The position numbers were made by a program, and so were the translations under genes. Shown one piece after another: positions 13,716 through 27,600 of a stretch of DNA of 64,000 bases. This DNA comes from Mobula hypostoma (taxonomy: Eukaryota). Within the stretch, counting starts at the first letter, position 1, and the number at the start of each line of letters is the position of its first letter. Location: contig NC_086128.1 in NCBI RefSeq assembly GCF_963921235.1, positions 9,238,001 to 9,302,000 of the forward strand. The letters run 5' to 3'. Under the pieces are notes generated by a model. It did no database searches and was not told where the DNA came from. It saw only the letters and a list, made by a program, of their open reading frames with translations.

Positions 13716-14064
13716 ATCTTAATACAAGCTTGAGAACCATGAATCATTCAAAGCATCTGGTTAATATTCTTTATTTAATCAAGCAAATGAGAAATCAAAA
13801 CACAAAATCTTCATGCACTGTAAATGACCTACATATATCAAACTTACTCACATACCAGGGACTCCTTCAGGTGCAATACCCCAAGAACTCTAGTACGTTG
13901 CTTCATAGACATGCTTAATTAGAATAGACAGAAGTGAATCTCACATACAACTATATTCTGTAAAACGCTGTTAGGCTGTACACTCATGTTATGATGAGTT
14001 TAGTTACAACCATTTGTTATCCATTTTGTTGCTTATTCCACTGTGGACTTTCCAAATACGAAAC

Positions 14065-14070
14065 TTTATT
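14065..14070 (-). promoter_or_regulatory. Candidate FAM187A poly(A) signal AATAAA
   Basis: TTTATT on the plus strand about 440 nt past the stop codon. An ATTAAA alternative lies at 14350-14355. Confidence 0.35.
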
Positions 14071-14512
14071 AGTTTCCTAAGTATTGGAACCCTAACTCAT
14101 CCCAGAATGTCTGTAACACAAATCAATTCACATGGCTGTGCACTCCATTCCTATGATATTTTGGTAATAAGGTAAAGTCTTCTACATAATAGCCCTAAAT
14201 TTCATATAGTCATATCTACTGTGAAACCATTCTTTAACATGGAGTTATATATTTATATTAATAAAAGATTAATATAACAAATTCCCATGTGCTTGTGCTC
14301 ATCGTGCAAAATGCAAAGACAACACAGGCATCTGACCTAACCCTTCCTATTTAATAACTGAAACCAGAGTCCAATTGAAATGAAAGTTAGGGCTCCAGTT
14401 GTATACCTAGACTAATCAGTGTATATGTATAAATATAATTCCACACAGATATTGACACTGACCAATTTGTTTGAACAGGTGAAGGGATAAATATTTGCTT
14501 CATATTCCTGTT

Positions 14513-15760
14513 TTAAAAGCAAACAAAATAATAATTGCAACATTTCATACATTTGATGAAAATAAATATTATCATCAAAATGAAGTAAGAGCTCAGGATT
14601 GTTTGCATTGCAAAGATGGACTCAGGATCAGTGAAACTTCGATGGATCCTCGGTGGGAGGCCAATCTTCAGCTTAATCCCAGCCACCATCTGGCCTTGCT
14701 TCCAACAGAAATAGGTCCCAGTATCACTCAACTGAAAGTCACGGAAAACCAGGTGATTGCCATGGTCAATGTACAACCTCATGCTATTGTTTACACCCAT
14801 CATGTACTCCTGCCTGTAGAGCTGTCGTTGTCCCTTGTCCCAGGCCACTGCTTGTTCTGCTCTGGCTCCTGGACAGGCAAGAATCAAGGGTTGAGCTATG
14901 AAATGCATGTGCACCTGCACTGGGACTTTAGGAACTTTCTTATTCTTGTCATTGGTGTAACCGAACAGGTCAAAGATGAACGTCTGTCCTTCAACGAAGT
15001 TGGGAGGTTTTGGACACTGCGTGAAGCAGCTCCGCACCATAATCTCAGCTTTTCTCTTCTTCAGGATGTGGTGGTACCTAGGGGGAACAGCAGCAGAGCC
15101 ACAGGAGACCACGTCAGGTATGGTCTTCTTGTACCTGAAATAGAGGTAATGGCTATGGAAGTAACACAAGCCAATGCGCCGTTGTTCTCCTCTCACCCCA
15201 CACCGATCACACACGGTCCAGTCCCAATACAACGTAAAAATCTTGTAGGTCTTAGTCTCCACATCCATCTGAGGCTTCTTATTCTGCTCCTGGAAGGTTA
15301 TCTGCGCATTGCTGTAACTTTGCACATCAACATCATAACCGTAGAAGTAATCGCCCTTCACAGAACCACACATATAATGCCCAGAATCTTCAGGCTGGGC
15401 ATTGAAAACTACCAGGCTAAACATTAAGATACTGAACCGTGAACTTATTGGTGATCCAAAACGTAACTGTGAAGTATCTAAAATCTTCATTCCATTGAAG
15501 TCACTCAGAACCTTTGTGTGTCCCTTGCCCAGTTTTTTCTGATAGTACCAGACAACTGAGGTCACCTCCTTAGGCTTACAGAGGCATGGCAGTTCAAAGG
15601 TCATATCAGCCAGATAAGCAGCGTTCTGGAACATTAAGAAGGCAGGGCAGGACTGGATCTTGAATATATCTTCTTCCTCTTCTATTACAAACTCACTAGC
15701 ATAAGCAGACAGTGCCCACAGAACGGGAATAAATGAAAAAATAGTATGTGGGAGCAACAT
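14513..15760 (-). CDS. FAM187A: Ig-like V-type domain-containing protein FAM187A (415 aa, single coding exon)
   Basis: Signal peptide, then SCPAFLMFQNAAYLADMTFELPCLCKP. Two Ig domains (DSGHYMC, DTGTYFC), a WDWTVCDRCGVRGEQRRIGLC linker, a C-terminal TM helix and a Cys-rich tail. A at -3 of the ATG. It lies downstream of CCDC103 on the same strand, as in mammals. Confidence 0.93.
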   Translation of the reverse strand: MLLPHTIFSFIPVLWALSAYASEFVIEEEEDIFKIQSCPAFLMFQNAAYLADMTFELPCLCKPKEVTSVVWYYQKKLGKGHTKVLSDFNGMKILDTSQLRFGSPISSRFSILMFSLVVFNAQPEDSGHYMCGSVKGDYFYGYDVDVQSYSNAQITFQEQNKKPQMDVETKTYKIFTLYWDWTVCDRCGVRGEQRRIGLCYFHSHYLYFRYKKTIPDVVSCGSAAVPPRYHHILKKRKAEIMVRSCFTQCPKPPNFVEGQTFIFDLFGYTNDKNKKVPKVPVQVHMHFIAQPLILACPGARAEQAVAWDKGQRQLYRQEYMMGVNNSMRLYIDHGNHLVFRDFQLSDTGTYFCWKQGQMVAGIKLKIGLPPRIHRSFTDPESIFAMQTILSSYFILMIIFIFIKCMKCCNYYFVCF

Positions 15761-18700
15761 TTTGTGAGAGACTGGCCAAATCTTTCTACGGTCTCAAAGG
15801 GAAGCAGGTGACGACCAACATAAAACTGTTAAGTTCTAGAAGGAATACCTTAAAGTTCCAGAACACCACCATTATGACTTAAAGAATATGCTTTGCCATT
15901 AGGAATTCCAGAGCTAGCTTGGTAGTCAGATGCAAGTGCTTATTGACACAAGAATTGTGAACCACAGAGGTGAATTGGACAGGTGTGTAAACCTGCTCAA
16001 TATGCCAGTTTAATTCAGCTTCCTTCCAATAACTCATCAATGTGAGCCATTTCTTTCAGAGAAACATACTGCTCTTTATTGGCCAAACAAGAGACTGCAG
16101 ACTCCAGTCCTTGAACATTCTTTCTCTCCACTCTTCCATTGGCAGAAGATACAAAAGCTTGAAAGGTCATACCAACAGGCTCAAGGACAGCTTCTATCCC
16201 ACTGTCATAAGATTATTAAATTGTTCCCTAGTACAATAAGATGGACTCTTGACCTTACAATCTACCTCATTATGATCTTGCACCTTATTGTTTACATGCA
16301 CTGCACTTTCTCTGAGTTATTACACTTGATTCTGCATTGTTATTACTTCAGCTGGCTCTACCTCAATGTATTGATCCGTATAATCAGTATGCAAGACAAA
16401 TGTTTCACTGTGTTTTGGTACGTGACAATTTCTGGATAATAAAAGCTTCAAGGGAAATTAGCCATGAACTTTATTAATTTTTTTTATATTTCCTGCCTAT
16501 TTTCCTCACCCATATTCTCATCTCCCATTCAGAGCTTGGATAGCTTTCTCATTATCCTGACCTTCTACTCCATATTCAACTGGTGATGTTCCACGATTTC
16601 TGTCACATTCAATGATATGCCACTACCAAAGGCTTCGTCCCTTCCTTTCCCCTTTCTGCGGCCCAAATGAATAGACTATTTCCTTCACAAATACCTGATT
16701 TTCTCTTCCATGTCCACAGGCTCACAAGATTTTTCCATGCAACTGCAGAAAATTCAAACTGTCCTCTGCCCTTCCCTTCATCCATGAGCCCAAACAATCC
16801 TTGCATGAAAATGGACTTTGACTGATGAAACTAGAGATCCTTGATTACAAAGTTCATAAGAAGAAAAATAAAGCAAATAAAGAGGGATTTGTGACAAATG
16901 TGGGCAATTTAATGTTGCAGAATGCCTGGAAGAATACAGAAAGTATTGGGCTGCAAGTAAAAGGGAAATTAGGAAAACAATTAGAAAGCAGGAGAAAATG
17001 GAGGCAGGTAAAATTAAAGAAGATTCAAGGATATGTTAATGGCAAGTTTTTACACAGAAAGTAGTGGGTACCTGGAATGCATTGACTGGGGTGGTGGTAA
17101 AGGCAGATACATTAGGGACTTGTAAGAGATGTTTGGATAGGCACATGAACGTGAGGAAAATGGAGGGATATGGACATTGTGTAGGCAGAAGGGATGAGTT
17201 TAGCTGGCCATTTGATTATTAATTTATCTGGTTCAGCACAACATTGTAGGATGAAGGTCCTGTTCTATGTTTTATGTTTTATGATGTCTTATAAACACAA
17301 AAGGTATAAGAGCAGGGAGAGTAGGGCTGATTTAGGACTTGGAGAAAAACGTAATCTATGCGTGGAAAAAGATTACATGGGCAGAGTGTTAAATAGATGT
17401 CTTTACAAAGGAAAAGAAAGATACTGATGTTGAAGTCAACAACGAAACATGCACAAGTCAAGGAAGTAGGTGTTGAATCAGATAAACATGGTAAAATATG
17501 AATAAGTTAGAAGATTTAGCATCTTTTCAAATGGATAAATCACCAGGCTCAGATGATTTATATTTAAGGCCACTAGGGTGATATCAACTGCAGACTTGTA
17601 GATGGAGCTACAGCGAAACCTGTCCGCACAATCATAAATGAATAGGGAGTTGGGACTGAGGACGCAGCCTTGTGGAACACCGTTGCTAGCAATGTCAATG
17701 TTTATCACCCATTCCTAATTGCCCCTGAGAAGATGGTTTTGGGTTACCTTTTTAAGCCAAAGTGCCGTCAGGGAGGGAGTTGAAGGATTTACACACAGTG
17801 ATGAGGAAGGACCTGTGATATATTTCAAAGTCAAGATGATTTACAATTTTGGGAGAATCTGCATCCATTCACCTGCTCCCCGGGTCCATCTTGGGGTGAG
17901 GTCACAATACCTGCTGCTGGAGTAGTCTGAAAAAAGTAACAGTGTTGTATTTTGTAGGAACCACACAGTACAACCAACCTGTGTTAGTAGTAGAGAAAAT
18001 GGATGCTTTAGATGGTTTTACATGGTTGACATTTCTCACCGAGATGGATTGGTGAATTAAAAGATTTTCAAGCTAAGCCTTCAGGATCCTTTCTCCAGTT
18101 GTTAATCTGTTAAAAACTAAAATGCTCAAATCCTATTAATAGAATATAGTTTTGCTATAATAAATATTATTAATACCTGGGCATCATTCATTTGGACACC
18201 TGCACTATAATTTTGGTGCTTCTCTTCTGTTATCCTGGCTTTGGTCTATATTCATTAATCTGGAAGATCAGTTAGGGGAAACTAGGGAAAGGATTGATCA
18301 CCTAACATTGTGGACCACAATGCTCCAATTCATCACTTATATTAATTCTATAATTCCATTTTAGCTGCAACCAATTTCACTGCTTGCATCCTCTATGAAA
18401 CCCCAATACTACCTCCACCCTCTCATTCAAATAAAAGGAGCATTCATTTCTGAAAGAGATACTAATTTACATTCCAAAAAGATTTTGTATGCACATTATG
18501 GGTGAGCAAATATCTAAAGTTTGGTGTCATACTTAATAGTGTAATAAAGAAAATAATTTTCAATAAATAGCAAACACTTGAGGAAGAGAAAATGCTAGAG
18601 GCAACACATCTCAATACTCACAAAATTAAAGTCATTCATTCCAAACTGAATAATGACGAAAAAACTGATTCAGCATTTACTCAGTGGCATTGAACATGAT

Positions 18701-19194
18701 TTTCTTAAATGAAGATACTGTGTTAACAGGCACAATCTTCAATCTTCCTCAAAAAATGGGTCAGGTCCGTAGGTGGCAGCAGAAAGCTGTGATTCAAGTC
18801 CTCTGCCAGAAACTTGAGCCCAAAAGTTCAAACTCCAGAACGAAGGATTACATGCAACCCATCATTACGAGGGGTGGGGGGGAGCATGCATTCCCAGAAA
18901 CCCACCCTTAATGCATTTAATTCAATGCAATGTCTCATCATCTGCACATGCAGCAAGAAATACAAACTGAATATAACAAAATATTGACACAAATTATGTG
19001 AGTGAATTTTTATTCTGTATCTCAGAATAGCCAGAGACTTTTTCCCCAGGGCTGAAATGGCTAACATGAGGGGGCATAGTTTCAAGGTGCTTGGAAGTAG
19101 GTACACGGGGGATATCAGGGGTAAGTTTTTCACACAGAAAGTGGTGGGAGCATGGAATGCATTGCCAGCGAAGGTGGTAGAGGCGGATACAATA

Positions 19195-22100
19195 GTGCCC
19201 TCTTGTCCTGGACTCCCCTACCATGGGAAATAACTTTGCTACATCTAATCTATTTAGGCCTTTTAATATTCAGAATGTTTCTATGAGAATCCCCTTCATT
19301 CTCCTGAACTCCAGGGAATACAGTCCAAGAGCTGCTAGATGTTCCTTATATGGTAACCCTTTCATTCCTGGAATCATTCTTGTGAATCTTCTCTGAACCC
19401 TCTCCAATGTCAGTATATCCTTTCTAAGGAGTCCAAAGCTGCACATAATACTCCAAGTGTGGGCTCACGAATGCCTTACAGAGCCTCAACATCACATCCC
19501 TGCTCTTATATTCTATACCTCTAGAAATGAATGCCAATATTGTATTCGCCTGCTTTACCACCGACTCAATCTGGAGGTTAACCTTCAGGGTATCCTGCAC
19601 AAGGACTCCAAAATCCCTTTGCATCTCTGCATTTTGAATTCTCTCCCCATCTAAACAATAGTCTGCCCATTTATTTCTTCCAACAAAATGCATGACCATA
19701 CACTTTCCAACATTGGATTTCATTTGCCACTTCTTTGCCCATTCCCCTAAACTATCTAAATCTCTCTGCAAGCTCCCTGTTTCCTCAACACTACCCACTC
19801 CTTCACCTATATTTGCATCATCAGCAAATTTAACCACAAATCCATTAATCCCAAAGTCCAAATCATTGACATACATCGTAAAAAGCAGCGGTCCCAACAC
19901 CGACCCCTGTGGAACACCACTGGTAACTGGCAGCCAGCCAGAATAGGATCCCTTTATTCCCACTCTCTGTTTTCTGCCGATCAGCCAATGCTCCACCTAT
20001 GCTAGTAACTCCCCTGTAATTCCATGGGCTCTTATCTTGCTAAGCAGCCTCATGTTTGGCACCTTGTCAAAGGCCTTCTGAAAATCCAAGTACACCACAT
20101 CTACTACATCTCCTTTGTCTACCCTGCTTGTAATTTCCACAAAAAATTGCAGTAGGTTAATCAGGCAGGATTTTCCTTTCAGGAAACCATGTTGGCTTTG
20201 GCCTATCTTGTCATGTGCCTCCAGGTACTCCGTAATCTCATCCTTAACAATCAATTTCAACAACATCCCAACCACTGATGTCAGGCTAACAGGTCTATAG
20301 TTTCCTTTCTGCTGCCTCCCACCCTTCTTAGATAGCGGAGTAACATTTGCAATTTTCCAGTCATCCAGTACAATGCCAGAATCTATCGATTCTTGAAAGA
20401 TCATTGTTAATGCCGCAATCTCTCCAGCTACTTCCTTCAAAACCCGAGGGTGCATTGCATCAGGCCAGGAGATTTATCCACCCTCAGACCATTAAGCTTC
20501 CTGAGCACCTTCTCAGTCATAATTTTCACTGCACATACTTCACTTCCCTGACACTCCTGAATGTCCGGTGTACTGCAGATGTCTTCCACTGTGAAGACTG
20601 ATGCAAAATATGCATTCAGTTCCTCTGCCATCTCTGCGTCTCTCATTACAATATCTCCAGTGTCATTTTCCATTGGTCCTATATCTACCCTCAACTCTCT
20701 TTTACTCTTTATATACTTAAAACAGCTTTTAGTATCATTTTTGATATTAATTGCCAGCTTCCTTTCATAATTCATCTTTTCCTTCCTAATAACCTTCTTA
20801 GTTTCCTTCTGCAAGTTTTTATAAGCTTCCTAATCCTCTATCTTCTCACTGGCTTTGGCTTCCTTGTCTTTTACTTTGGCTCTGACTTCACTTGTCAGCC
20901 ATGGTAGTGTCCTTCCATTTGAAAATTTCTTCTTATTTGGAATATATCTGTCTTGCACTTTGTCATTTTTCGCAGAAACTCCAGCCATTGCTGCTCTGCT
21001 GTCCTTCCTGTTAGTGTCTCTTTCCAGTCCACCTTCGCCAGTTCTCCTCTCATGCCATTGTAATTTCAAGTCAAGTCACTTTTTATTGTCATTTTGACCA
21101 TAACTGCTGGTACAGTACACAGTAAAAACAAGACATTTTTCAGGACCATGGTGCTACATGAAACAATACAAAAACTACACTGAACTACATAAAACAACAC
21201 AAAACTACACTAGACTACAGTCCTACCCAGGACTGCATAAAGTGCACAAAACAGTTGCAGGCATTACAATAAATAATAAACAAGACAATAGGCACAGCAG
21301 AGGGCAGTAGGTTGGTGTCCTCTATTCCACTGGAATTTAGTTTCTCCTTCTCAAATTTCAAAGTGAACTCGATCATATTGTGATCACTATTCCCTCAAGG
21401 TTCCTTAACCCAAAGCTCTCGATCATTGCACAACATCCAATCCAGCACAGCCGATCCCGTGGGCTAAACAACAAGCTAAAAAGCTATCCCTCAGACCAGG
21501 GGTGGCCAACCTTTTACATTCCATGCGTCAATATTTTCACTCACGAGTTCAGATGCTCCATACAACTCTTGTATCCCCATTCAATTCTTGTAAAAATATG
21601 TTAGTATAGAACTCGTGTGTGAAAAAATTGACGCATGGAACATAAAAGGTTGGCCACCCTTCCCGTAGACATTCTACAAATTCTCTCTCGAGGTCCCAAT
21701 CCACTTTCATGTTAAAATCCCCAATGATTACCATGACATTGCCCTTCTGAAATGCCTTTTCTATCTCCTGCTGTAATTTATAATTCACATCTCGGCTGCT
21801 GTTTGTAGGCCTGTATACAACTGCCATTAGGGTCCTTTTACCCTTGCCATTTCTTAACTCAACACATAGAGACTTTATACCTTCGAATCATATGTCATCC
21901 CTTTCTAATGATTTAATATTATTTCTTATACACAGGACCACACCACCCCCCGCTGCCTACTAACCTATCTTTCTGACACACCGTATATCCTAGGACAATC
22001 AGCTCCCAATGGCAGCCATCCTTTAGCCAAGTTTCAGAGTTGGCCACGATGATATACTTGCCAATCTGTAGCTGAATTTCAAGATCGTCCATTTTACTTC

Positions 22101-23235
22101 TTATGCTGCGTGCATTCAAATTCAACACTTTCAGTCCAGTATTGGTTGCTTTCTGTTTTAACTGCACCACACCTCTATTGCCCTGTAACTCATCCCACTG
22201 GCTGTGATTATACCTGATCTCCTGCCTGTCCTTTTATCATCTCTGTTGCACGCTATCTTTGATGTATTTCTGTTTTCCCCTTCCTCAGCCCTATTGCTCC
22301 AGTTCCCATCCCCCTGCCAAATTAGCTTAAACCCTCCCTAACAGCTCTATTATATCTGCCTGCTAGGATATTGGACCCGTTTGGGTTCAGGTGCAACCTG
22401 TCCTTTTTGTACAGGTCATACCTCCCCCAGAAGAGGCCCCAATGATCCATGAACCTGAAGCCCTGCCTCCTCCACTAGTCTCTCAGCCACGCATTAATAT
22501 GCCTGATCATGCTATTCTTGAGCTTGTTAGCACGTGGCACAGGCAGCAATCCTGAGATTACTACCCTGGAGGTCCTGCTTTTCAGCTTTTTACCCAACTC
22601 CCTGAATTCTCTCTTCAGGACCTCCTCCCTTTTTCTACTTATGTCATTGTGTACCAAGACTTCTGGCTCTCCCTTCAGAATACTCTGCACCCGATTCGAG
22701 ACATCCCGTACCCTTGCACCTGGGAGGCAACACACCATGCGGGCATCTCTATCAGGCTGACAGAACCTGTCTGTTCCCCTCACCATGGAATCCCCTATGA
22801 CTACCACATTCCTCATCTTCTTCTCTCCGTCTGCACACGGAACCAGGCTCAGTGCCAGAGACCCGATCACCATGGTCATCCTCTATCAGATCATCTCCCT
22901 CAACCGCATCCAAAATGAGATAACGATTACTGAGGGGGATGGCCATCGGGGTGCTCTCTTCTGTCTGAGCTCTTCCCATCCCTTCCCTGACAGTCACCCA
23001 CTTGCCTAACTCCTGCAGCCTTGGGGTGACAAACTTCCTGTAGCTCCTATCTATCTCCTGCTCACTTTCCCTAATAAGCTGTAGGTCATCAAGTCACAGC
23101 TCCAGATCCCTAACACTGTCTCTCAGGAGCTGCATCTCGGTGCACCTGGCACAGATGAGGCCATCTGGGAGGCTGGAAGAATCCCAGGATTCCCACATCT
23201 GACACCCAGAGCAAAGTACCAACCCTACAGACATG
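19195..23235 (-). mobile_element. Near full-length degenerate CR1 LINE (ORF1 zinc finger/SGNH esterase, APE, RT)
   Basis: ORF1 remnants VVVIGDSMVRGTDR...CCLPGARVRD (22475-22879), APE LNARSIRSKMDDL and [21 protein letters not shown] and KFADD (19424-20455). Interrupted at about 21067-21320 and at 21497-21662. Confidence 0.92.
21497..21662. mobile_element. hAT (Charlie-like) MITE, nearly palindromic
   Basis: About 54-bp inverted arms starting CAGGGGTGGCCAACCTTTTA. Imperfect 8-bp TSD CCTCAGAC/CCGTAGAC. Inserted into the CR1 APE region. Confidence 0.82.
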
Positions 23236-23284
23236 CTCCCTGTGCCTCTGAAAAAAAATGCAAGTTCTATACCTGATCATCTTA

Positions 23285-23635
23285 TACCTGATAGAGGTGT
23301 ATAAGATGATGAGAGGCATTGATCGTGTGGGTAATCGGAGGCTTTTTCCCGGGGCTGAAATGGCTAACATGAGAGGGCACAGTTTTAAGGTGCTTGGAAG
23401 TAGGTACAGAGATGTCAGGGGTAGGTTTTTTATGCAGAGAGTGGTGAGTATGTGGAATGGGCCGCCGGCGACAGTGGTGGAGCGGATATGATAGAGACTT
23501 TTAAGAGATTCCTGGAGCTTAGAAAATAGAGGGCTATGCGTAACCCTGGGTAATTTCTAAAGTAAGTACATGTTTGGCACAGCATTGTGGGCTGAAGGGC
23601 CTGTATTGTGCTATAGGTTTTCTATGTTCTATGTT
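23285..23635 (+). mobile_element. CR1 3' end fragment
   Basis: LIEVYKMMRGIDRV...RGHSFKV and the TTTCTATGTTCTATG tail. Same subfamily as 340-2428. Confidence 0.85.
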
Positions 23636-23959
23636 TTGGAAGCACTTCGTGAGTTCTGCAAAGGTGAATTTCCATTCCCTAAACTACTATAAAGTGAGCA
23701 CCCCCAGTATTGATGCTATACAGAGATCCATCTTCTTCGGCTAGTGAAAACATCCCATGATGTTATTTGATGAAGAACAATGTTGTTTTCCCCAAGACTG
23801 TACCAAATATTTATCCAAGCCAATACAAAAAATGTGATTGGATAATTTATTTCATTGCTTTGTGTAAACTAATTGATGAACTTTGCACAGCAATAGTTTT
23901 ACTTCAAAGTGCATTGTTGGCTATAAAGTGTATCGCGATGATGCCTTGTGCAGTAATCA

Positions 23960-24635
23960 CTAAAGGTCAACTTGCAGGTTGAGTTGGTGCTAAGGAAGGC
24001 AAATGCAATGTTTGTGTTAATTTTGAGAGGACTAGAATATAAAAGCAAGGATATAATGCTGAGGCCTTATAAGGCACTGGTCAGACTGCACTTGGAGTAT
24101 TGTGAGCAGTTATGGGCCCCTTATTTAAGAAAAGATGTGCTGGCATTGGAGAGGGTCCAGAGGTGGTTCACAAGAATTATTCCAGGATTTAAAGTGTTAA
24201 TGTATGAGGAGAGTTTGATGGCTCTGGGCCTGCACCTGCTAGAATTTAGAAAAATAATGTGGATCTCATTGAAACCTACCGAATATTGAAAGGCCGATAT
24301 GGAGCGAATGTGGAGAGGATGTTTCCTATAGTGAGGGAGTCTAGGACCAGAGGGCACAACCTCAGCATAGAGAGATATTCATTTAGAACAGAGTGAGAAG
24401 CAATTTCTTCAGCCAGAGGGTGGTGAATCTGTGGAATTCATTGCCACAGACAGTTGTGGAAACCGAGACATTGAGTACATTTAAAGTGGAGGTTGATTGG
24501 TTCTTGATTAGTCAAAGGATCAAATGTTAAGAAAAGAATGGGGTTGAGAGAGATAACAAATCAACCATGATGGAATAGCAGAGCAGTCTTAATGGGCCGA
24601 ATATCCTAATTCTGCTCCTACACCTTATGGTCATA
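23960..24635 (+). mobile_element. CR1 3' fragment, older
   Basis: ALVRLHLEYCEQLWAPYLRKDVLALERVQR and the 3' tail CCTAATTCTGCTCC. Confidence 0.8.
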
Positions 24636-24682
24636 TGATTAAAAGGATGATTAGTCTCCAGTAATCAGTCACACATGAATAT

Positions 24683-27600
24683 TATGCCGGGATCCAGGAT
24701 GTCATGGACCGATTGCAGGGAATCCTCAAGAGTGAAGGTGAACATCCGGAAGTGGTGGTGCATGTCAGCACAAATGACCTGGGGAAGAAGAGGAAAGACA
24801 TTCTACAGCGTGACTTCAGAGAACTCTGAAGAAGGCTGAAAAGCAGGACTTCCAGGGTGGTTATCTCCGGTTTGCTTCCAGTTCCCCGTGCTGGAGTGGT
24901 CAAGAACAGGGAGATAATGGATCTGAATGTGTGGCTGAGGAACTGGTGCAGGAAGCAAGGATTTACTTTCTTGGACCATTGGGGTATGTTTCGGGGTAAG
25001 GATGAATTGTACAAAAGGGACGGGTTGCACCTTAATAAGCGGGGCACCAGCATTCTGGCAGGTAGGTTTGCCACTGCAACACGGGTGTGTTTAAACTAAG
25101 TTGTGGGGGGGAGGGGACGAACTGGAAACATAAGGATGGAGATAAAGGGAAAGTGAGAATAAGAAAAGTTAAGAATGACAGCAGAATCAACAGAGCAGAA
25201 AGCTCAAGACGGGATCGTACAGTATGGCCAAGTGAAATAGGAATTGATATGGGAGGTGAGGGAGTAATGAATTAAAAGTATTATATATGAATGCACGGAG
25301 CATAAGAAATAAAGTGGAAGAGCTTGAGGCTCAGTTGGAAATTGGTCAGTATGATGTTGTGGGAATCACAGAGACATGGCTTCAAGTGGACAGGGCCTAG
25401 GAAATGAATATTCAAGGATATACGTCCTATCGAAAGGACAGACTGATGGGCAGAGGGGGTGGGGTGGCTCTGTTGGTGAGGAATGATATTCAGTCCCTTG
25501 CGAGGGGGGACATAGAATCAGGAGATGTAGAGTCAGTATGGATAGAACTGAGAAATTCTAAGGGTAGAAAGACCCTAATGGGAGTTATCTACAGGCCCCC
25601 AAGCAGTAGTCTGGATGTAGGGTGTAAGTTGAATCAAGAGTTAAAATTGGCATGTAGCAAAGGTAATGCTACAGTTGTTATGGGGGACTTCAACATGCAG
25701 ATAGACTGGAGGAATCAGGTTGGTACTGGACCCCAAGAAAGGGAGTTTGTGGAGTCCCTCCGAGATGGATTCTTAGAACAGCTTGTACTGGAGCCTACCA
25801 GAGAGAACGCAATTCTAGATTTAGTGTTGTGCAATGCACCAGATTTGATCAGGGACCTCAAGGTAAAGGATCCATTAGGAGGTAGTGACCATAATATGAT
25901 AAGTTTTTATCTACAATTTGAGAGGGAGAAGGGAAACTCGGAAGTGTCAGTATTACAGTTGAACAAAGGGAACTATGGTGCTATGAGGGAGGAGCTGGCC
26001 AAAGTTCAATGGAACAATACCCTAGCAGGGATGACAGTGGAACAGCAATGGCAAGTGTTTCTGGGAATAATACGGAAGGTGCAGGATCAGTTCATTCCAA
26101 AGAGGAAGAAAGATCCTAAGGGGAGTAAGGGGAGGCCGTGGCTGACAAGGGAAGTAATGGACTGTATAAGAGTAACAGAGAAGAAGTATAACATAGCAAA
26201 GACGAGTGGGAAGCCGGAGGATTGGGAAACTTTTAAAGAGCAACAGAAGGTAACTAAAAAGGCAATACGCAGAGAAAAAATGAGATACGAAGGTAAACTA
26301 GCCAAGAATATAAAGGAGGATAGTAAAAGCTTCTTTAGGTATGTGAAAAGGAAAAAAATAGTTAAGACCAAAATTGGGCCCTTGAAGACAGAAACGGGTG
26401 TATTTATTATGGGGAACAAGGAAATGGCAGACGAGTTGTACAGGTACTTTGGATCTGTTTTCACTAGGGAAGACACAAACAATCTCCCAGATATAATAGT
26501 GGCCAAAGGACCTAGGGTAATGGATGAACTGAAGGAAATTTATATTAGGCAGGAAATGGTGTTGGATACACTGTTGGGTGTGAAGGCTGATAAGTCCCAG
26601 GGACCTGATGGTCTGCATCCCAGGGTACTTAAGAAGGTGGCTTTAGAAATCGTGGACGCATTGGTAATCATTCTCCAATGTTCTATAGATTCAGGATCAG
26701 TTCCTGTGGATTGGAGGGTGGCTAATGTTGTCCCTCTCTTCAAAAAGGGAGGAAGAGAGAAAACAGGGAATTATAGACCGGTTAGCCTGATGTCGGTGGT
26801 GGGAAAGATGCTGGAGTCAATTATAAAAGATGAAATTACGACACATCTGGATAGTAGTAACAGGATCGGTCTGAGTCAGCATGGATTTACGAAGGGGAAA
26901 TCGTGCTTGACTAAACTTCTGGAATGTTTTGAGGATGTAACTATGAAAATGGACAAGGGAGAGCCAGAGGATGTAGTGTACCTGGACTTTCAGAAAGCCT
27001 TTGATAAAGTCCCACATAGGAGATTGCTGCGCAAAATTAGGGCACGTGGTATTGGGGGCAGAGTACTGACATGGATTGAAGATTGGCTGGCTGACAGAAA
27101 ACAAAGAGTAGCGATTAATGGGTCCCTTTCAGAATGGCAGGTGGTGACCAGTGGGGTACCGCAGGGTTCAGTGCTGGGACCGCAGCTGTTTACAATATAT
27201 ATTAATGATTTAGATGAGGGAATTAAAAGTAACATTAGCAAATTTGCTGATGACACAAAGCTGGGTGGCAGTGTGAAATGTGAGGAGGATGTTATGAGAA
27301 TGCAGGGTGACTTGGACAGGCTGGGTGAGTGGGCAGATGCATGGCAGATGCAGTTTAATGTGGATAAATGTGAGGTTATCCACTTTGGTGGTAAGAACAG
27401 GAAGGCAGACTATTATCTAAATGGAGTCAAGTTAGGAAAAGGGGAAGTACAACGAGATCTAGGTGTTCTTGTACATCAGTCACTGAAAGCAAGCATGCAA
27501 GTACAGCAGGCAGTGAAGAAAGCTAATGGCATGCTGGCCTTCATAACAAGGGGAATTGAGTATAAGAGCAAAGAGGTCCTTCTGCAGCTGTACAGGGCCC

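Noticed and set aside
1-14000. GFAP 3' exons expected tail-to-tail with FAM187A
   Set aside because: No intermediate-filament coding sequence recognised on either strand.
14495-15427. 310-aa plus-strand ORF overlapping FAM187A
   Set aside because: Antisense shadow of a real CDS, non-ATG start, no recognisable motifs.
19027-19260. Plus-strand CR1 3' piece abutting the minus-strand CR1, as in twin-priming inversion
   Set aside because: The two parts appear to belong to different CR1 subfamilies and share no TSD, so independent insertion or deletion is more likely.
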